A DNA stretch of 63,980 bases, filler included, from Octopus bimaculoides (Eukaryota): NCBI RefSeq assembly GCF_001194135.2. It is 4 parts of 4 records of this genome, joined end to end, with 100 filler letters (N's around TTAATTAATTAA, not from the genome) between each part and the next. Parts side by side here need not be neighbours in the genome. Positions count along the whole stretch, not along the records: positions 1 to 27,812 come from NC_068991.1; 3 more parts are not named here. One strand, given 5' to 3'. Positions within the stretch are counted from its first letter, which is position 1. Every line of letters starts with the position of its first letter. Positions 11,586 through 24,120 of this stretch are shown piece after piece. Below the pieces are notes generated by a model that saw only the letters and a program-made list of their open reading frames with translations, made no database searches and had not been told where the DNA came from. The position numbers were made by a program, and so were the translations under genes.

Positions 11586-12498
11586 NNNNNNNNNNNNNNN
11601 NNNNNNNNNNNNNNNNNNNNNNNNNNNNNNNNNNNNNNNNNNNNNNNNNNNNNNNNNNNNNNNNNNNNNNNNNNNNNNNNNNNNNNNNNNNNNNNNNNNN
11701 NNNNNNNNNNNNNNNNNNNNNNNNNNNNNNNNNNNNNNNNNNNNNNNNNNNNNNNNNNNNNNNNNNNNNNNNNNNNNNNNNNNNNNNNNNNNNNNNNNNN
11801 NNNNNNNNNNNNNNNNNNNNNNNNNNNNNNNNNNNNNNNNNNNNNNNNNNNNNNNNNNNNNNNNNNNNNNNNNNNNNNNNNNNNNNNNNNNNNNNNNNNN
11901 NNNNNNNNNNNNNNNNNNNNNNNNNNNNNNNNNNNNNNNNNNNNNNNNNNNNNNNNNNNNNNNNNNNNNNNNNNNNNNNNNNNNNNNNNNNNNNNNNNNN
12001 NNNNNNNNNNNNNNNNNNNNNNNNNNNNNNNNNNNNNNNNNNNNNNNNNNNNNNNNNNNNNNNNNNNNNNNNNNNNNNNNNNNNNNNNNNNNNNNNNNNN
12101 NNNNNNNNNNNNNNNNNNNNNNNNNNNNNNNNNNNNNNNNNNNNNNNNNNNNNNNNNNNNNNNNNNNNNNNNNNNNNNNNNNNNNNNNNNNNNNNNNNNN
12201 NNNNNNNNNNNNNNNNNNNNNNNNNNNNNNNNNNNNNNNNNNNNNNNNNNNNNNNNNNNNNNNNNNNNNNNNNNNNNNNNNNNNNNNNNNNNNNNNNNNN
12301 NNNNNNNNNNNNNNNNNNNNNNNNNNNNNNNNNNNNNNNNNNNNNNNNNNNNNNNNNNNNNNNNNNNNNNNNNNNNNNNNNNNNNNNNNNNNNNNNNNNN
12401 NNNNNNNNNNNNNNNNNNNNNNNNNNNNNNNNNNNNNNNNNNNNNNNNNNNNNNNNNNNNNNNNNNNNNNNNNNNNNNNNNNNNNNNNNNNNNNNNNT

Positions 12499-13211
12499 AG
12501 GACGGCAATTTCTGATGAAGCAATTGCTGGCGATCTGTTGCTACACAGTTTTGCCAGAATTCTATCAGATTAGGCAGAAGATGTTGATGCACCATTTTGC
12601 ATTATGTTCACAGTAGCTTCTGGAATGTGGTGAATTGCTGCAGTCTGTTGCTGTCATTTAAAACCGGTTGCTTTCTTTCCCCAGCAAACTGTCTTCTTTG
12701 GAGGCATAATCTATGTATATATTAAACAGAACAACAAAAGTTATAATAGATGGCAGGGTCGGTAATTTTCACATTTCTGTAATTTTTCAGATTAACACCC
12801 GCATGATTACCCAACCCTACCCTAAAACCCTAAACCTAACCCTAATCCTAACTCTAACACTAACCCTAACACTAACCCTAAACCCTAATCCTAAAACCCT
12901 AAACCCTAAAACCGTAACCGTAACACTAACCGTAACCCTAAAACCCTAACCCTGACCATAAAACCCCAATCCTAACACCCTAGTGAAAATTGTGGTATAT
13001 TTACCAAACATTGACAAACATGAGTTATATTGTAGTCAATGATTGTCTGTACAGGTAGAAGGGAAGAAATATAAAAGTTGCTAGAAACAACAACCAAATC
13101 TCCCTTAAATCACACAAAGTAAACGGAATTTTAAAATGTTTACATCAATGGAATTTTTTCGATGTGAACTTTCCAGTGCAGTAATTACGCACTCAACATA
13201 TAATATAGAGA

Positions 13212-13243
<32 letters not shown>

Positions 13244-13942
13244 AAGTGATACATAAACCCTAACACTAACACCCTAGTGAAAATCGTGGTATATTTACCA
13301 AACATTGACGAACAGGAGTTATATTGTAGTGAATATTTTGTGAGTGAGAAGAGGGAGAGAAGAAGAGGGAGAGAGAGGGGAAAAAAGGAATAGAGATGGT
13401 AGCAATGAAGAGAGAGAAAGAGAGAAACAAAAGACAGTTATAAAATAGCAATGTGTGCACATGTTTATATAAGAAACACAGAAACTAAATCTTATATCTA
13501 TAATGTTGATGTGTGTATGTGTTTATGTTGTTGTCACAGATCACGTATGTGTGGTTGTGTGTGTTTTAACGTATCTATGTTATGAAAAATAGGTAAAGAA
13601 TACCGAGAGGAAAGTTTAATCTATGACCTTGTATGTATCACTTTCTATCTCTCTCTCCCTCTTTTACTCTTACTCTCTATATTATATGTTGAGCACGTGT
13701 GTAAGAACGCCGGTACAGGTAGAAGGGAAGAAATATAAAAGTTGCTAGAAACAACAGCCAAATCTCCCTTAAATCATACAAAGTAAATGGAATTTTAAAA
13801 ATCTAATTACTGCACTGGAAAGTTCACATCGAGAAAATTCCATTGATGTAAAAATTTTTACAAAAAAGTGGAAAATGTGGATTTCTATACACTTTTAAAA
13901 AGGCTTCACACAGACACGCAACTTCAGCTTTATATATTAAGA
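12499..13942 (-). mobile_element. Non-autonomous Helitron-like element, copy 2 (3' end lost in gap), internally rearranged
   Basis: Minus-strand 5' end A|TCttaatatataaagctgaagttgcgtgtctgt at 13942. Shares long blocks with copy 1. Contains a (CCCTAA)n array. Confidence 0.65.
12815..12985 (-). repeat. Interstitial degenerate telomere-type array (CCCTAA)n
   Basis: ccctaa, aaccctaa and acactaa variants with the same flank as the array at 795-918. Confidence 0.9.
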
Positions 13943-14004
13943 TATATCTCTACACACATATATATTTATATACATACATCAATATATTCATAAAAATATA
14001 TACA

Positions 14005-14043
<39 letters not shown>

Positions 14044-14638
14044 TGCATACATACATGCATATAAATGTACTAGACTGCCCGTGACCTATTGGTTCACTGC
14101 GAAAATTTGAGTTTCCTAGCAACAGAGTTTTGTTTTGTGGGTTGGAAAGATTTGGCTGCTATTTCCTGCACACCCTGTTACCACATAATAGTATTTCAGA
14201 TCCTTTATCGCACATAGCTGTTACATGGTAGCAGTGAATGCTAGAAACAGCAGCCAAATCTTTGGCGGGGAGATACATTGAATGCACTCGAAAAAAACTG
14301 TTTTGCACTGAGCTTACAAACAAGGTCTTTTACGAAATATCTACTGTATTTTTAAAGTCATTTTCACTTTAGAATATTTTTTAAGTATGCCAAAAAATAT
14401 TTTTGTAATGGTATTTCACTTGAAAATAATTTTAAAAAACTTTAAAATATTGTCTATTTAAAGAAAGCTAAAATATACATACTTACTGTACAAAAACCTT
14501 ACATTTTTGAAATCACATTCACTTAAAAATATTTGTAAATGATTAAAATATTATGTTCAACAAAAGTGAATATAGAAATCATAGCAAAAAAAAAAATTTT
14601 TTTCTTTTTTGTTGTCAACTCACTTTCTTCCCTTTCAG

Positions 14639-14685
14639 GATGAAGATTATTTTCGGAACATTTTTCCCATTATGTACTGTTTTGG
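14639..14685 (+). CDS. Weak candidate host exon, product unknown (DEDYFRNIFPIMYCFG)
   Basis: Good acceptor caactcactttcttccctttcag, an open frame, and a weak donor GG|gtattt. No homology recognised. Confidence 0.2.
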
Positions 14686-14874
14686 GTATTTATATCCTGA
14701 ATATCTCTAATATCTTGAAAACTACTTTATTGATTTATACAAAACTTGTTTCATTCGATTCGTATTAACATTTCAGGGTAAACTTAATTCAGGGTATTTT
14801 CCCATTATGCACCAGTTTCACTGATTAACATTACCAGCAAGGAATTAAGATTGAAACTGACTTTTAATGTATTA

Positions 14875-15575
14875 TAGGTGTCCGCATGGATGATGGTTCG
14901 CTTGCACTAAACAAGGCTGCAAAGAGAGAGGTTTGGAGATGCTATTATGAAAGGTTGTTCAATAAAGAGAATGAATGGGAGAAAGAGAGTCTGCCAAATG
15001 TTGACCCAACAGAGGGACCAGCTATTTGATAGATAAAGCAATCAAGAGTATGAAGACAGGGAAAGCCCCTGGCCCATCAGGAATCACTGCAGAGATGCTC
15101 AAAATATCTGGCAGTGTTGGCTATAGCCTAGTCACCAGTATAGTTAAGCAGGTGATACATGAAGGAGTCATACCCAATGACTGATGTAGCAGCACCATAG
15201 TCAACTGCTACAAAGGTAAAGGTGACGCTTTCGATACAAATAATTACAGAGGTATCAAGTTGTTGGATCAGTTAATGAAGATCACAGAGAGGGTCATAAC
15301 CCAACTAATAAGGGAGAGAGTCAGTTTAGATGAGATGCAGTTTGGGTTCGTGCCAGGGAAAAGCACCACTGATGCTATATTTCTGGTAAGACAGCTGCAG
15401 GAGAAATACCTAGCCAAAGATAAACCTCTGTACCTGGCTTTCGTTGACATAGAGAAAGCTTTTGACAGGGTCCCCCGATCCCTTATCTGGTGGTCAATGA
15501 GGAAACTAGGGATAGATGAATGGTTAGTGAGAGCTGTGCGAGCCATGTACGGGGACGCCGTCAGTGAGGTGTGGG
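14875..15575 (+). pseudogene. RTE-clade LINE reverse transcriptase fragment
   Basis: NYRGIKLLDQLMKITERV..QFGFVPGKSTTDAIFLVRQLQEK..LAFVDIEKAFDRVPR..WLVRAVRAMY. Stops and a frameshift upstream. Confidence 0.92.
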
Positions 15576-15989
15576 TTGGTTCATCTTTGCTTAGTATTTG
15601 GGTTTATTTTTTGATTTTGGTTGAATATTGGTTTTTTTTTTTTGTTGGTCAGTTATTTCTAGTGTTTTGACAAAAAAAATCATTCTAAAATTGTTTTTTA
15701 ACGTAAGCGTGCCCAAACAAGTCAAATGCTTACACAGAGCAGGTTTTACAGTCACATCATCCAAACCGACAGGGTGAAACCGAGCTTAGCTGCTAGTATA
15801 CATATGTATATGTACACATATATATACATGAATATATACATACATATATACATATAAATCCATATAGACACATGTATAAATATACATAAATACATATGCA
15901 TCTATATATATTTACAAACACACATATATATATACATTCATATACATGTGCAGATATATATACACATATATACATGCATACATATATAC

Positions 15990-16020
<31 letters not shown>

Positions 16021-16497
16021 CACTTATATATATTTGTATGTATATATGTATGCATGTAGATATGTAATGTGAGGTAATAGTGAAAGTATTAATAGGGAAA
16101 CTATTAAAACTGAAACTAGTAAGTATCTCACATTACAATAGAGATGTTATTGTTTCACTTTTGGCACATAATACCAAAACAATCTTACAGATTGCTCCAG
16201 GCTCACATTAGGCAAGNNNNNNNNNNNNNNNNNNNNNNNNNNNNNNNNNNNNNNNNNNNNNNNNNNNNNNNNNNNNNNNNNNNNNNNNNNNNNNNNNNNN
16301 NNNNNNNNNNNNNNNNNNNNNNNNNNNNNNNNNNNNNNNNNNNNNNNNNNNNNNNNNNNNNNNNNNNNNNNNNNNNNNNNNNNNNNNNNNNNNNNNNNNN
16401 NNNNNNNNNNNNNNNNNNNNNNNNNNNNNNNNNNNNNNNNNNNNNNNNNNNNNNNNNNNNNNNNNNNNNNNNNNNNNNNNNNNNNNNNNNNNNNNAA

Positions 16498-17260
16498 GAT
16501 CAAACTAGTTGAGTTTGATGATAAGCTCCTTGAGGCATTACTTGAAGAAAATACTGCATTATCAATTGAAGAATTCGCAATAAAGCTTAGTTCAAACCAT
16601 GCAACTGTTCACTGTCATCTTCAACAACTTGGAAAGGTTCCTAAACTTAAAAAATGGGTGCCTCGTGAATTGTCCGAAAGCAACTGCAAATCTTGAGTTG
16701 ACATCTGCTCTTCACTCCATTTTCGCAAACTCATTTCACTCTTTTTGGATAGACTTGTGACTGGTGATGAAAAATGGATCTTCTATTGAAATGTTAAATG
16801 TCGTAAACAGTGGCTTGGTGAAAGGGAAAAAGCTCAAACACAACCAAGAAGGGAACTTCATGGAAAAAAGGTTCTTCACTCTATCTGGTGGGATTGCAAA
16901 GGAGTAATTCATTTTGAATTGTTACCACCTAATGCAACAATCAATGCTCAAGTCTACTGTCAGCAATTAGAGCATTTGAACCAAGCTTTGATGAAAAAAA
17001 TACCCGCTTTAGTGAATTGAAAAGGAGTGGTGTTTCATCAGGACAATGCATGACCCCACACTGCAAAGATCACATCACAGAAGGTCAAAGAGCTTGGTTG
17101 GGAAAAAATCCCTCATCCACCTTATTCTCCCGACCTTGCTCCTTCAGACTACCATTTGTTTCATAGTTTACAGAATCATTTAGAAGACATAAATTTTGCA
17201 AGCCAGGAGGAGGTCGAAACTGACAATTCAGAGTTATTCGCTTTGAAACCAAAACATTGA
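16498..17260 (+). pseudogene. Mariner (DD34D) transposase pseudogene
   Basis: A single frame carries KWVPREL, LVTGDEKW, WWDCKG, HQDNA*PH and HPPYSPDLAPSDY. D17042 to D17147 gives 34 intervening codons. Stops at 16694, about 17018 and 17051 look like CGA>TGA changes. Confidence 0.95.
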
Positions 17261-17556
17261 TGAGATTAAAAAAAACTTGTAAATAGATGGATGGAAGGAA
17301 GGAAGGAAGGAAGGAAGGAAGGAAGGAAGGAAGGAAGTGTGTGTGTGTGTGTGTGTAGTTTGTAGTTTGTTGATGAGAAAAGGTAGGCAGAAGTTACTGC
17401 TGTGTGTGCACATGTGTGTGTAAGTGCCTGTGCCTTTCCAAGGGAGAGAGAGGGAAAGAGATATTCTACATATAGAAGACACTTCGTAGTGCTCAAGAGG
17501 TTTAAACTTGAGCAGGTAGAGGAGTAAATGTAAGGATGAGCAAGTTAGGCAAGTGG

Positions 17557-17591
<35 letters not shown>

Positions 17592-17637
17592 TATATATGT
17601 ACATATATGTATAGATGCATATAAACGTATATACACA

Positions 17638-18313
17638 TCTACATATATGAGAAATTCTGTCTGTGGGTGTGTTTGTAGAGTTGTTAGCTAACTTCTACAT
17701 CATTTTATCGATTCTGAGTATGCTTATTGCTTAATATTTGAACTGTTATTTTCGCAATTTATCCAGTACAATCCTTAAACAAGTAAATAGTATTTTCCTA
17801 AACAAGAGATCCACTCACTTCAGTTAGTGACTTATTCACGAATATACCAACACTAGTGTCCCTGAGGGGAATATTCTCTGGGAACGCACAAAAGCCCTTT
17901 TCAGAGTTATTTACTTTGAATTGTTATTATCTCATATCTCATTAGCCTGTTATTACATAACATGCTTCACGATATAAGTATACATACCTTATTAGAATTT
18001 CCTCCTATGTTCTATATACTCTGGGCATGCATTAAAGCCCTTTTCGGGGCTACTTTATTTGAATTCTTACTATTGGGTAACTAATTTCATGTTATTATAT
18101 AACTGACTTCATGATTTGGGTATCCATAACTTATTGGGAATTCCTAAAAACAATATCCTGTGTAAGACAGTTTGGTATTGTCTGTAAATGCACAAAAACC
18201 ATTTTAAGGGCTACATACTTTGTATTGTTGTTATTGGATTAGTGAAACAATTATGAGAACGGAACCAAGAGATAAGCCCCGCTTTCCCGGGAATTACCAG
18301 GCACATCAGCTAG
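17638..18313 (+). mobile_element. Short non-autonomous Helitron-like element
   Basis: 5' A|TCtacatatatgagaaattctgtctgt; 3' cccgggaattaccagg-cacatcag-CTAG|T; no TSD. Confidence 0.5.
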
Positions 18314-18399
18314 TATATATATATATGTATATAAATGTATATACATATATATATATAAATATATATACATATAAATGAATAGACATATATGTATGTATG

Positions 18400-18459
<60 letters not shown>

Positions 18460-19621
18460 CACACACATATAGTTTATAGATGAGGAACAGATATTTTCCA
18501 TATTGGATACACTTCATAGTGCTGAAGAGGTTTAAACCTGAGCAGGTAGAGGAGTAAATATAAGGATAAGCAAGTTTAGGCAAGTTGATATACAAAAAAT
18601 ATTAAATACACTTAATACAAAAAATGTGCATATGCTAGCATGGAAGGCAGACATTAAATGATGAGGATGATGATGACATACATAAATGTATATACATATA
18701 TAAAATGACAAAAAGTGGAATGAACGATACTTTTAATTTCAAATCCCTACAATTGTTTCAACATATTTTCACACCTGATGAGATGTTGTGTAATCTTTAA
18801 TCCAATGTGTAAAATGCATCTCCTTAGGGGATTGTCTAAATAAGTCATTTGATAGATACTACCAGCGGTTCACTCAGTGTGAGAATGCATACTCAAAGTG
18901 ATGTATCCTTTTCAGTAGTTTACAAAAACAAAACAAAAAACAAACACAGAAATAGGCAAAAAAAAAACAGGTCAGATTGGCTATAAATTACAATTCTATC
19001 TTCATAGCCATATTTATAAGGAAGGAATTGCTAAGAAAAAAAATAGAGAATAAAATTAAGCATTTAGAGATAATAAAGTGATAAAGAGATGAAGACTGAC
19101 CATTTCAGTACTTATCAACTAATTCTTTGTTTCTGTGAAGGATCTAAATTAAACCAGTCTTTTGAGACAAAACAACTGGCTCCATTCTACATTCAAGTCA
19201 ACCTCTATTCAAATTTAATTTATTACTATCTAGTTTTTATGTTTTTTTTGAAACAATTAGGAAAAAATAAGTTAATAGGTATCCTTACCCCCAACTTATA
19301 CATATTCTTCCATATACCTACAAATAGTTTATATTATATAAATATACACACACATATACCTATTTATGTATACACACATATATGCTTCTTACTAATATTC
19401 TTACTATTTTTACACTTTATATCTATATTAATATATGTTGGCTTGGAAGTCTAACCCACATACAATGTAGAGTGTGTTTCTTTATACATCTAGATTCATG
19501 TGTATATATAAAGACACAAACACATGTATCCAACAATAAAAACACATATTTATATATACTTATTACATGCATTTTAACTATTATAGAGCTGGGGAAGAGA
19601 TAGTATCGTCATCATCATATT

Positions 19622-20270
19622 CATTTAATGTCTGGTTTTCATGCTGGCATGGATTGGACAGTTTGACTTAAAACTTTTAAGCCAAGGAGCTGCACCAGGT
19701 TCCAATCTGATTTGGCAAAATTTCCATGGGTGGACGCCTTTCCTAACACCAACCACTCCAAAAATGTAATGGGTGTTTTTTTACAAGGCACCAGCATGAG
19801 TGCTACTGACCTGACACTGACATCAGCCACAACTACGGTCTCACTTGGCTTGACAGGTCTACACAAGCATGGTATATCACCAAAGATTTCAGTCACCTGT
19901 CACTATCTCCATGAGGCCCAAACGCTCGAACAATGCTTTTTACATACCACCGGTACAGGTGCCAGTCAGATGGCACTGGTGTCGGCCACAACTATGATTT
20001 CACTCAGTTCAACAGGTCTTCACAAGCACAGCATATTGCCCAACATTTGAAGGGTGCTTTTAACAGGCCAGTTACATGATATTGGCTCTGGCCACAACTA
20101 TAATCCCACTTGGCTTGAGAGGTCTTCTCAAGCACAGCATATTACCAAAGGTCTCGGTTACTTGTCATTGTCTCCGTGAAGCCCAACATTTGAAGATCGT
20201 GCTTCACCACCTCGTCCCATGTTTTCCTGGGTCTACCTCTTCCACAGGCTCCCACCACTCTTAGAATGCA
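19622..20270 (-). mobile_element. RTE LINE 3' end plus RTE-tail repeat mosaic
   Basis: Minus-strand RVVGACGRGRPRKTWDEVVKHDLQMLGFTETMTSNRDLW (RTE C-terminus) with duplicated tail blocks and a catgccagcatgaaaa..gacattaaatga end. Confidence 0.75.
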
Positions 20271-20296
20271 ACACTTCTTCACAAATAAAGTAAAAT

Positions 20297-20334
<38 letters not shown>

Positions 20335-21067
20335 AAAAAAACAATAACAAAAAAACAAAAAAACAACAAAATGAGGACGTGACATGGATAGTATTATTNN
20401 NNNNNNNNNNNNNNNNNNNNNNNNNNNNNNNNNNNNNNNNNNNNNNNNNNNNNNNNNNNNNNNNNNNNNNNNNNNNNNNNNNNNNNNNNNNNNNNNNNNN
20501 NNNNNNNNNNNNNNNNNNNNNNNNNNNNNNNNNNNNNNNNNNNNNNNNNNNNNNNNNNNNNNNNNNNNNNNNNNNNNNNNNNNNNNNNNNNNNNNNNNNN
20601 NNNNNNNNNNNNNNNNNNNNNNNNNNNNNNNNNNNNNNNNNNNNNNNNNNNNNNNNNNNNNNNNNNNNNNNNNNNNNNNNNNNNNNNNNNNNNNNNNNNN
20701 NNNNNNNNNNNNNNNNNNNNNNNNNNNNNNNNNNNNNNNNNNNNNNNNNNNNNNNNNNNNNNNNNNNNNNNNNNNNNNNNNNNNNNNNNNNNNNNNNNNN
20801 NNNNNNNNNNNNNNNNNNNNNNNNNNNNNNNNNNNNNNNNNNNNNNNNNNNNNNNNNNNNNNNNNNNNNNNNNNNNNNNNNNNNNNNNNNNNNNNNNNNN
20901 NNNNNNNNNNNNNNNNNNNNNNNNNNNNNNNNNNNNNNNNNNNNNNNNNNNNNNNNNNNNNNNNNNNNNNNNNNNNNNNNNNNNNNNNNNNNNNNNNNNN
21001 NNNNNNNNNNNNNNNNNNNNNNNNNNNNNNNNNNNNNNNNNNNNNNNNNNNNNNNNNNNNNNNNNNN

Positions 21068-21345
21068 GGTGTGTGCGTGTGTGTGTATGTGTGTGGATGT
21101 GCGTGTGTGTGTGTGGGATTGTGAGTGTTAGGTACGGGTGTGAGTGTTTATGTGTGTCTGTATGTGTGTTTCCGTGTGCGCGTGTGTGTATATTTTTTGT
21201 GCGCGCGTGTATGTGTATATTGTGTATGTTTTCGTGCGTGCGTGTGTTATGTATATGAGTGAGTATTGTGTATGTGAGAGGTGTGTGTGGGTGTGTGCAT
21301 GTGTGCATGTGTGCATGTGTGCATGTGTGTATATGTGTATGTGTG

Positions 21346-21377
<32 letters not shown>

Positions 21378-21638
21378 TTTTATGTATGTGTGTATATATG
21401 TGCGTTCGGTTATGTGTGTGTGAGGGTGCGTATGTATGTTTGTCATGTATGTGGGCGGTATATATGTAAGGTGTGTGTAGGTGTATGGGAGGTATGTGTG
21501 AATGGGGGTATGTATGGGTTGTCAGGTGTGTGGGAGGTATTTGTGAATGGGGGTATATGTGGGTTATGTGTGCAAGGGTGTGTATGCTTGGGTGTGTGTG
21601 TGTGTATGTTTGCGTGATTGTTAGCGTGTGTGTGTATG
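21068..21638. repeat. Degenerate (TG)n/(TGTA)n low-complexity block
   Basis: Directly visible. It explains the VCVC/HTHT ORFs. Confidence 0.9.
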
Positions 21639-22515
21639 NNNNNNNNNNNNNNNNNNNNNNNNNNNNNNNNNNNNNNNNNNNNNNNNNNNNNNNNNNNNNN
21701 NNNNNNNNNNNNNNNNNNNNNNNNNNNNNNNNNNNNNNNNNNNNNNNNNNNNNNNNNNNNNNNNNNNNNNNNNNNNNNNNNNNNNNNNNNNNNNNNNNNN
21801 NNNNNNNNNNNNNNNNNNNNNNNNNNNNNNNNNNNNNNNNNNNNNNNNNNNNNNNNNNNNNNNNNNNNNNNNNNNNNNNNNNNNNNNNNNNNNNNNNNNN
21901 NNNNNNNNNNNNNNNNNNNNNNNNNNNNNNNNNNNNNNNNNNNNNNNNNNNNNNNNNNNNNNNNNNNNNNNNNNNNNNNNNNNNNNNNNNNNNNNNNNNN
22001 NNNNNNNNNNNNNNNNNNNNNNNNNNNNNNNNNNNNNNNNNNNNNNNNNNNNNNNNNNNNNNNNNNNNNNNNNNNNNNNNNNNNNNNNNNNNNNNNNNNN
22101 NNNNNNNNNNNNNNNNNNNNNNNNNNNNNNNNNNNNNNNNNNNNNNNNNNNNNNNNNNNNNNNNNNNNNNNNNNNNNNNNNNNNNNNNNNNNNNNNNNNN
22201 NNNNNNNNNNNNNNNNNNNNNNNNNNNNNNNNNNNNNNNNNNNNNNNNNNNNNNNNNNNNNNNNNNNNNNNNNNNNNNNNNNNNNNNNNNNNNNNNNNNN
22301 NNNNNNNNNNNNNNNNNNNNNNNNNNNNNNNNNNNNNNNNNNNNNNNNNNNNNNNNNNNNNNNNNNNNNNNNNNNNNNNNNNNNNNNNNNNNNNNNNNNN
22401 NNNNNNNNNNNNNNNNNNNNNNNNNNNNNNNNNNNNNNNNNNNNNNNNNNNNNNNNNNNNNNNNNNNNNNNNNNNNNNNNNNNNNNNNNNNNNNNNNNNN
22501 NNNNNNNNNNNNNNN

Positions 22516-22675
22516 NGTGGGGAGGAAGAGGAGAAGGTACTGCGGACCAGTAGATCGCGTAGGTTGCGGGCGCGTTTGAAAGCGGATAGGGGTGGGTTGG
22601 GGAAAATGGGGTGGGTAGTGGGATCGAGCTGGAGGCGACGGAAGGCCCGTAGGATCCTCCGACGAAGGGGTATAT
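22516..22675 (-). pseudogene. PLE RT-to-endonuclease linker fragment
   Basis: LQLDPTTHPIFPNPPLSAFKRARNLRDLLVRS matches the PLE F..PP..AF(K/R)R..NL(R/K)D.LVRS motif. Confidence 0.75.
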
Positions 22676-23089
22676 ATATGTGCACACATATACACTTCTT
22701 ATAGACATACTTACTATTTCTAAAGACAGAAATAAATAAAAGAGGATAATTTAGATCCTTCACAGAAACAAGGAAATAGTTGATAAGTACTAAAATGGTC
22801 AATCTTCACCACTTTATTATCTTTAAATGCTTAATTTTAGTCTTCATTCTGTTTAGCACTTCCTTCCTTAAAATCTGACCATGAAGAGAGAATTGTAATT
22901 TATAATCAAACTGAGCCTTTTTTTTTTGTTTATTTCTTTAGTTCTGTATTTTGTATTTTGATTATATTTGTATTTTGTTTGTCACTATAACTATGGGTTT
23001 AGTTTTCTTTGGCAATATTTGAAAATCACTTTGGGGATGCATTCTCATTTTGAGAGAAATTATGGTAGGATCTAACAAAGGACCTGGAA

Positions 23090-24120
23090 TCTATATATAT
23101 ATAAAACAGATGTATGTGTGTGGAGGGTGTATGGTTGCTATGCATTTCCACATTTTTCAACCATTTTCACTCAAACTTGACACACTGATAGCTTATGCTC
23201 CAAGGATGGTCATGACCTAACCCTAACCCTACCTTATATTTTCTAGACCCCCTTGCATAAAACGAAGCACTGTGAATAACTGTTCAGAAAACCAAATTTT
23301 TGCCCATAACTTCTTGGTTTTTCAAGCGATTTCCTCCAAATTTGACATGAACATTAATCATGACATAAGAATTGTTTTGCTTAAAATTGTTGTCAAGATC
23401 AACCATGTTAATTGTGAAAACTCCGCGAATAACTGTGTAAAAATCTGGGGGTTTTTTGCCAATAACTTCCACAGTCTCCAATCGATTTGCTCCAAATTTG
23501 GCACAAACATAACTCATGCTTTAAGAATTGTTTTAAACCTACGTTTTTGTCAAGTCAATCTTTGTTGAATGGAAAAAATCTACGAATAACTGCATAAAAT
23601 TCAGTTTTTCTGCAGTTCCAAAGCTGATTTGCTCCAAATTTGACAAGCATATTACCAATGCTTAATTGACTGTTTTAAACTAATGTTTTATGAAGTTTAT
23701 TTACTGAATTAACATTGGTTTTTTTTTTACTTTCAACTTCTGCCATTTACCCATGCACCAAGGAATGTGGGACAGTTTTACCTCACTGATTTAATCTGTA
23801 TACATTGTTTACTTAAAATGCCCCCTATTATCGTCTATGATCATGATGCCCCACCAGTCCACTTCAGTACAAATTTTCTTTAATTACCCTCTGCTCATAG
23901 TGTGATAACATGGGGTGAACTGTGAGCATGACCTTTGACGTATGGGTATGAACACTATTAATGTGCATCCCCCTTTTTTGTCAGTGTACATTAGTGTTTA
24001 CTTAAACTACCCCCTATTATTACCTACGGCCATGATGTCCTCCCCCACTTTAGCTTTTTATTTGGTGTGAATGATGGCTTTTACCACGTCCCCCACCCAT
24101 TATCGCTGACAATCATAATG
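23090..24120 (+). mobile_element. Helitron-like non-autonomous element 5' part with internal tandem repeats
   Basis: A|TCtatatatatataaaacagatgtatgtgtg start; three units of about 155 bp at 23274, 23427 and 23584; two units of about 189 bp at 23812 and 24001. 3' end not located. Confidence 0.5.

Noticed and set aside
18520-18550. CTGAAGA followed by a ggtttaaacc hairpin
   Set aside because: No GAAA or cleavage triplet follows, and the sister repeat reads ctcaaga.
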